From Octopus bimaculoides (lineage: Eukaryota), in NCBI RefSeq assembly GCF_001194135.2, contig NC_068984.1:122898921-122962920 (forward strand): 64,000 nucleotides of DNA. Direction: 5' to 3'. Each line of letters opens with the position of its first letter. Positions within the stretch are counted from its first letter, which is position 1. The translations under genes and the position numbers were made by a program. Shown here piece after piece: positions 1 to 64,000 of the stretch. The notes under the pieces are model-generated. The model saw only the letters and a list, made by a program, of their open reading frames with translations, did not search any database and was not told the origin of the DNA.

Positions 1-2144
1 TAAAACTGGCCTCAGCAGGATTTGAACTCAGAATGTAAAGATGATTCTGCCAACCCCTAGCACCAATAGTAGTAATAGTAGAAGTTGAAATAGTAATGGC
101 TATTTTAGCTGGCTTGCTTTTTTTTTTTTTTTTTTTTTTTGTTAATCCCTTTATTTCATGAAGGTTATGTTATTTCTGTAACTCTGTGGTAGAATTTTGT
201 TAAAAATCCCAGTCACTAGAATTAATAAAGCATATGAATGATATACATACATATGTTATGTGAATTTCACCGGCACATTTATTCTCATGCAACTGGATTA
301 TCTAACAAGTTTCTCTTTCACTATTGAATATCTGCTGTATATGGTTTAAGAGATCAGAGACAGAGAGAAGTAGAATATGAATGCAACCTGTACAGTCTAG
401 TTATCAGTCCAGATTGAAGCCACCATCACCTCTCACATAGCTAGTGTCTTGTACTCTTGTGTTTCCATAGCTACAGATATCGATCTTTATGTTTAGAATA
501 AATATTGTTTGACAGAGTTGACCAAGCTAAGCTGAGCTTGTTTATTCTCATTTTTAAGTATATAACTGAGTATCTGCTTAGTACTCAGTGCAATGGTGCA
601 TTTTATGAAAACTGTGTTTGTGATGCAGTTTCAACTCCCTTCATATGAGCCGTTTCACTAAATTATTCCTCATACCATTGTTTCTGGTTGAGACAGTTGA
701 GTTTTTTGCATTAACATTCCATTAAATGTGGCATAAGTGAAACTGAAAATCCAGCCTCTCTGGCAATGTTGTGGTGTTTCTATAGTTATAGCTCAGAGAC
801 TATTTCCATTGCGAGATGATATATATATATGTATTCCGTTTCGTTTTGTACCATTTGTGTTCCCTAGTACTTTATGGAAATGTTTCTATCCTAACATTTA
901 GACACATATAAGACCAACTTATTGGCTATGGAACTTGGAAGAATTTGGTACATTTCCAATACTGCATCAACCAAACAGCAAACCTCTTGATAGATCATCC
1001 AAGACAACTAATATTGTGATTGTATATTAGATTCCTGTCCATTTATTGGCCTGTTCTTATATAATCTTAATCACTTATCCAAACCATTAGTATCATAAAT
1101 GTGGAACAGTTGAAGAGAAAGGACTGCTGATGGTGGTGCTGAAATTTGAATTGGAATGGCTGCCTGGTTGTTGAGATATTCAACAAATAATATAAGATCA
1201 TGATTTTAAAAAAATCTTGTTTGTAACTCTACTTTCCTTAATGAGCGAAGGAAAATAGTTTCTTCATCATAGTTTCTTCCTCCTACTTCTCACATATTCT
1301 TTTAATAATGTTCAAGTTCAGTGCAGCTAACCACACAGAAGCATCCTATGGTTTATTTTGGTTTAGAGAGGGCTAGAATACAACAAACAAGGCCTCCTGT
1401 AAATAAGGCTTGCTGTGATGATCTGAATAAGAAGCATGTTCTGTAAGTTTCTTGTTTGGCTTCAAAGTTGTGTGATTAGTTAAGCAGAAAGGTGATCCAA
1501 CTGTAAAAAGAACCTACACTTAAAGAATGCTCTGTGATCATTCAGCATGCTAGAAATGACAGTCAGTTCTCATTCATATCACACCCTATCATCTTAACAA
1601 AAAGTTTTAAAATATATTGAATAAGATAGTCTTAAATAAACTATGTCTGAAAAGAAAAGAGATAGGTGACCATCACTGAAATCCCCTTCAGGATAGGTCT
1701 GTTTCACCAAGATTGACCTGGGGTTAAAAAGCAACTGCAACAACCTGCATTATAAATGATTTCAAAAGTCTAAATTTGTAGACCTGTCAAATGCATATGA
1801 CAAAACATTATTTGATTTGGAAAAGCCCAAAACAAAGAAACAAATTAACATGAAAATATAAAGTGGATTAACTGACATTAGTAATTAGACATACCTTAAT
1901 TAATGAGAGAATTGTAGTTAGTTGTTCGAGATTGCTCATTTAAATTCTATATTGCAATGGCCTCTGTCTTTAGTTTATAAATGGAAATCTCAATATTCGA
2001 AATCTCCAAAATCTGAAATAGCTAAAGTAGATATCTCTGAAAATCTAAATGGTTTATTCAAAGCATATCCAAACCAAAAGACAATTGGAAATCATTCTCA
2101 TACACATACGTTCACACATGCTTGTCATATGTATGGTAAACTGG

Positions 2145-2185
<41 letters not shown>

Positions 2186-3161
2186 NNNNNNNNNNNNNNN
2201 NNNNNNNNNNNNNNNNNNNNNNNNNNNNNNNNNNNNNNNNNNNNNNNNNNNNNNNNNNNNNNNNNNNNNNNNNNNNNNNNNNNNNNNNNNNNNNNNNNNN
2301 NNNNNNNNNNNNNNNNNNNNNNNNNNNNNNNNNNNNNNNNNNNNNNNNNNNNNNNNNNNNNNNNNNNNNNNNNNNNNNNNNNNNNNNNNNNNNNNNNNNN
2401 NNNNNNNNNNNNNNNNNNNNNNNNNNNNNNNNNNNNNNNNNNNNNNNNNNNNNNNNNNNNNNNNNNNNNNNNNNNNNNNNNNNNNNNNNNNNNNNNNNNN
2501 NNNNNNNNNNNNNNNNNNNNNNNNNNNNNNNNNNNNNNNNNNNNNNNNNNNNNNNNNNNNNNNNNNNNNNNNNNNNNNNNNNNNNNNNNNNNNNNNNNNN
2601 NNNNNNNNNNNNNNNNNNNNNNNNNNNNNNNNNNNNNNNNNNNNNNNNNNNNNNNNNNNNNNNNNNNNNNNNNNNNNNNNNNNNNNNNNNNNNNNNNNNN
2701 NNNNNNNNNNNNNNNNNNNNNNNNNNNNNNNNNNNNNNNNNNNNNNNNNNNNNNNNNNNNNNNNNNNNNNNNNNNNNNNNNNNNNNNNNNNNNNNNNNNN
2801 NNNNNNNNNNNNNNNNNNNNNNNNNNNNNNNNNNNNNNNNNNNNNNNNNNNNNNNNNNNNNNNNNNNNNNNNNNNNNNNNNNNNNNNNNNNNNNNNNNNN
2901 NNNNNNNNNNNNNNNNNNNNNNNNNNNNNNNNNNNNNNNNNNNNNNNNNNNNNNNNNNNNNNNNNNNNNNNNNNNNNNNNNNNNNNNNNNNNNNNNNNNN
3001 NNNNNNNNNNNNNNNNNNNNNNNNNNNNNNNNNNNNNNNNNNNNNNNNNNNNNNNNNNNNNNNNNNNNNNNNNNNNNNNNNNNNNNNNNNNNNNNNNNNN
3101 NNNNNNNNNNNNNNNNNNNNNNNNNNNNNNNNNNNNNNNNNNNNNNNNNNNNNNNNNNNNN
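2186..3161. other. Assembly gap flanked by (AT)n; other gaps at 18017-18362, 28708-29588, 35098-35107 and 36863-36993
   Basis: N runs; the long X-containing ORFs are artefacts of these gaps. Confidence 0.99.
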
Positions 3162-3176
3162 ATATATATATATATG

Positions 3177-4744
3177 CAGTATCTCATAGAAGTATGTACA
3201 TCCCTAAAAAGTTTCTGTAAAATTGCTATTACTCTGATAATATTGAAGGAAATCAAACAAAATTTATACTGGATAAAATATATTATACATGCAGACATTT
3301 TACAAATTTGGAACACAAAACAATAAACATTTTCAAAGATATGAATGAAATATTAATTTTCAAGCAATACAAAAATACGTACACCCTAATGGATTATTTA
3401 CTATATTCAATATTTGGTGTGATCGTCCTTGCTTTCAATGACTGCATAGAGTCGACTAAATTTCCACATATAACCAATGAAATCGATCTCCATTCATCCT
3501 TAATGATGTCTTTCAACTGTGTTACATTGTGAGGTTTTTTTTCTCCTCAACCTTCCTTTTCAAAACATCCCACAGGTGTTCTGTTGGGTTTAAATCAGAT
3601 GACATGGTAGGCCAAGGCAATACCTTTAATCTTTTTATCTGATAAAAACTTAGTCGTTATCTTTGAAGTGTGTTTAGGGTCATTAACATGTTGGAACATG
3701 GAATGTTTTCCTAGTTCCTTGATATTTTTCAACACTGTTTTCTGTAATATGTCACAATAAAGCCTTGAATCCATTGTTCTCTCGATAAATGTGAGTCCTC
3801 CCACACCAACTGCACTCATGAATCCCCAAAGCATAACACTTCCACTGCCGTGTTTCATGGTAGGAATGGTGCATTTGTCACTATTATCTTCACCTGGTCG
3901 TTGCCATACTTGTTTAATACCATCTGACCCAAACAAGTCTTGTTAGAAAAAAGAATTTTATTCCAAAACTCCTTCCCCTTACTCACATAGGCTTCCATTG
4001 AGGAATGCGTCCATGAAAACTTCACTGGTTCAAACTTCAGCAAACTGTTTGGGCGGATACATCTTACCACTAACAGAAGACATTTCTTGGGCCAAAGATG
4101 AAGCAGTACGATGCCTGTTGTGCATCGTGCAATGTTAGATGTAGCAAATATCATGCGCAATTAAAATAGGACCTGGACGATGTTTATTGCTCAGCCGTCC
4201 AGTAGCTTTGTACTTCTGAGTTACTTTGGCAACTGTGTTTACACTAATATCTATTCATTTGCTAATTAACTTGTTTCCTAAACCATTCTTGTGCAAATTC
4301 AAAATAATTTTCTTCAAATCTTCAGACAATTCTTTTCCTTTTGGTGCCATTTTAATCACAATGAAGAAGATTTTCACCTCAGTACACAAATCAGAATTCC
4401 TGTAGATGCAACAATGACCGGTGCAAAAATGCCAGGAGAAATAAATTATTAGAATTGAAATTAACAGCAATATCTGAATTTAGTAAAAAAAAAAAAAAAA
4501 AAAAAAAAAGTGGATAAAATATTGAATATAGCAAATTTCCTTTAGGGTGTACCTATTTTTCTAATGCTTGAAAATTAATATTTTATTCATATCTTTGAAA
4601 ATGCTTATTGTTTTGCATTCCAAATTTGTATAATGTTTGCATGTGTAATATATTTTATTCAGTATAAATTTCCTTTGATATTATCAGAGTAATAGCAATT
4701 TTACAGAAATTTTTCAAGGGTGCACATACTTCTGTGAGATACTC
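3177..4744 (-). mobile_element. Decayed Tc1 (DD34E) transposon with long IR/DR-type TIRs (~240 bp)
   Basis: Left TIR 3177-~3416 begins cagtatctcatagaagtatgtacatccct. Right TIR ~4517-4744 is its reverse complement. Each TIR carries an outer and an inner direct repeat (aagtatgtacatccct / aaatacgtacaccct). Confidence 0.93.
3407..4350 (-). pseudogene. Frameshifted Tc1 transposase
   Basis: Fragments MAPKGKELSEDLKKIILNLHKNGLG, KHGSGSVMLWGFMS, FQHVNDPKHTS (D of QHDND changed to V) and WPTMSSDLNPTEHLW, spread over several frames. Confidence 0.92.
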
Positions 4745-5229
4745 TGTGTGTGATAAGATTTTGTAAACACCAATTCAAGAGTGAAAAATTTTTAATTTCT
4801 GAGGGAAATTTATTTTGATGGTTAAAATAATTTGCCTGGTAAGCAAAATACACCAACACTAATATAGACCTGTGGGACTTTTATGAAATTCCATTCAACA
4901 GGTTTGTTATTTATTTATTTATTTATTTATTTTTGGTTCATGGATGAATTGATTACAACAAACCTATCATTAAATATTTAATATTTTTAACATACATGAA
5001 AATCATTGCAATCAATTTGTAATCTCACTCTCTAAATATATATATTTACATATAATTAAACATATATGCTCTCCCTGTTTTCTACAGAATAATGCTGCAG
5101 TCTCTGTTATATTGTCACTAATCTTGTCTTCATTTTTCATCCCCCTTTTTTTTTTTTTTTTTAAGAAAGAACAATTGCAATATCAAGTCTATTTGCCACT
5201 AAATGTATTTCTCTTGTCTCATTTTGCAG

Positions 5230-63323
<58,094 letters not shown>

Positions 63324-64000
63324 GTAAGACTCTAATCTAATTTTTCTATTTGTCTCCCTTTCTCTCTGTCCCCTTCTCTATTATTTTTTTACCCTCTCTA
63401 GAGAACTATTTTCCCTATCTCATTCTATTTATCCTCTATTTGCATGTTTCTCTTCCTCTCTCTGTCTATTTGTCTATCTCCCTGTATATTTGTCCCTCTC
63501 TCTTTCTCTCTCATTTTTCCAGCCCACTCTTTTCCTTTTTCTCTCTCTCTCTCTCTCTCTCTCTGTCCTCACTTCCATATATTTGTTCCTCAATTTATCT
63601 GATCACTCATCATTTATATTCCATTTGTTATTTTAATCTTTTTATTATTATTACCAGTCAAGTACTGGGATCAAATTAATTGACAAACTCCCCTCTGACC
63701 AAATTGTTGGTTATGTGCCTAAATTATTGAGTTGGCAACTAAGTTCCTGCGGGGTTTTTTTTTTAATTTAAATTTTTTTAAAGGTTTAATAAAAAATAAC
63801 AACTAATTAATTAATAATGAATTCACCCTTGTTGTTTACATCTTATTCCTAATGTTCAACAAGATTTTCAATACCTCATTGGTAGAAATCACCTGACTTG
63901 AAAAATTGATCCAACCAAGCTCTCAATTCTGCATCAGTATTGAACAAAACTCCATGCATAGCATTTGAAATAAATCGAAAGAGGTGGAAATCTGTTGGTG

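Noticed and set aside
792-830. Possible 39-nt phase-1 exon (ttatag|ctcagag...|gtattc)
   Set aside because: Ends inside an (AT)n tract, has a weak donor, and would turn the conserved G of GEDT into C.
1922-3326. 400+ aa ORFs spanning N-gaps (also 17858-18409 and 28482-29654)
   Set aside because: Artefacts of N runs and (AT)n; no real coding content.

Overview
AT-rich, intron-dominated animal genomic DNA, most likely an octopod cephalopod such as Octopus (inferred from the SINE families, DD37D remnant and microsatellite load; not provable from the window). It has five N-gaps. The whole window lies inside one + strand canonical ankyrin gene (ankyrin-2/unc-44-like). I reconstructed 12 GT-AG exons whose phases chain correctly (2243 nt, about 747 codons): an unusually long (~290 aa) post-repeat linker, then ZU5-A, ZU5-B and UPA. 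The ankyrin repeats lie upstream of the window; the death domain and any giant exon lie downstream. A 13th, 18-nt symmetric microexon (25866-25883, G-KLKWK-S) sits directly before ZU5-A and is not in the ORF track. Introns hold a decayed IR/DR Tc1 transposon, an internally deleted DD37D (maT) element, about 19 copies of one tRNA-derived SINE (a head-to-tail array and a strong sense-strand bias), other SINE/LINE-tail remnants, minisatellites and microsatellites. I see no new multi-gene system. The best leads are the splicing architecture (microexon, cassette linker exons, tandem donors and acceptors, a possible internal ZU5-first start), a substitution in a near-invariant ZU5-B motif, and a fish-like Tc1 that may be horizontally transferred. 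Nearly all other ORF-track entries are microsatellite, gap or AT-rich noise.
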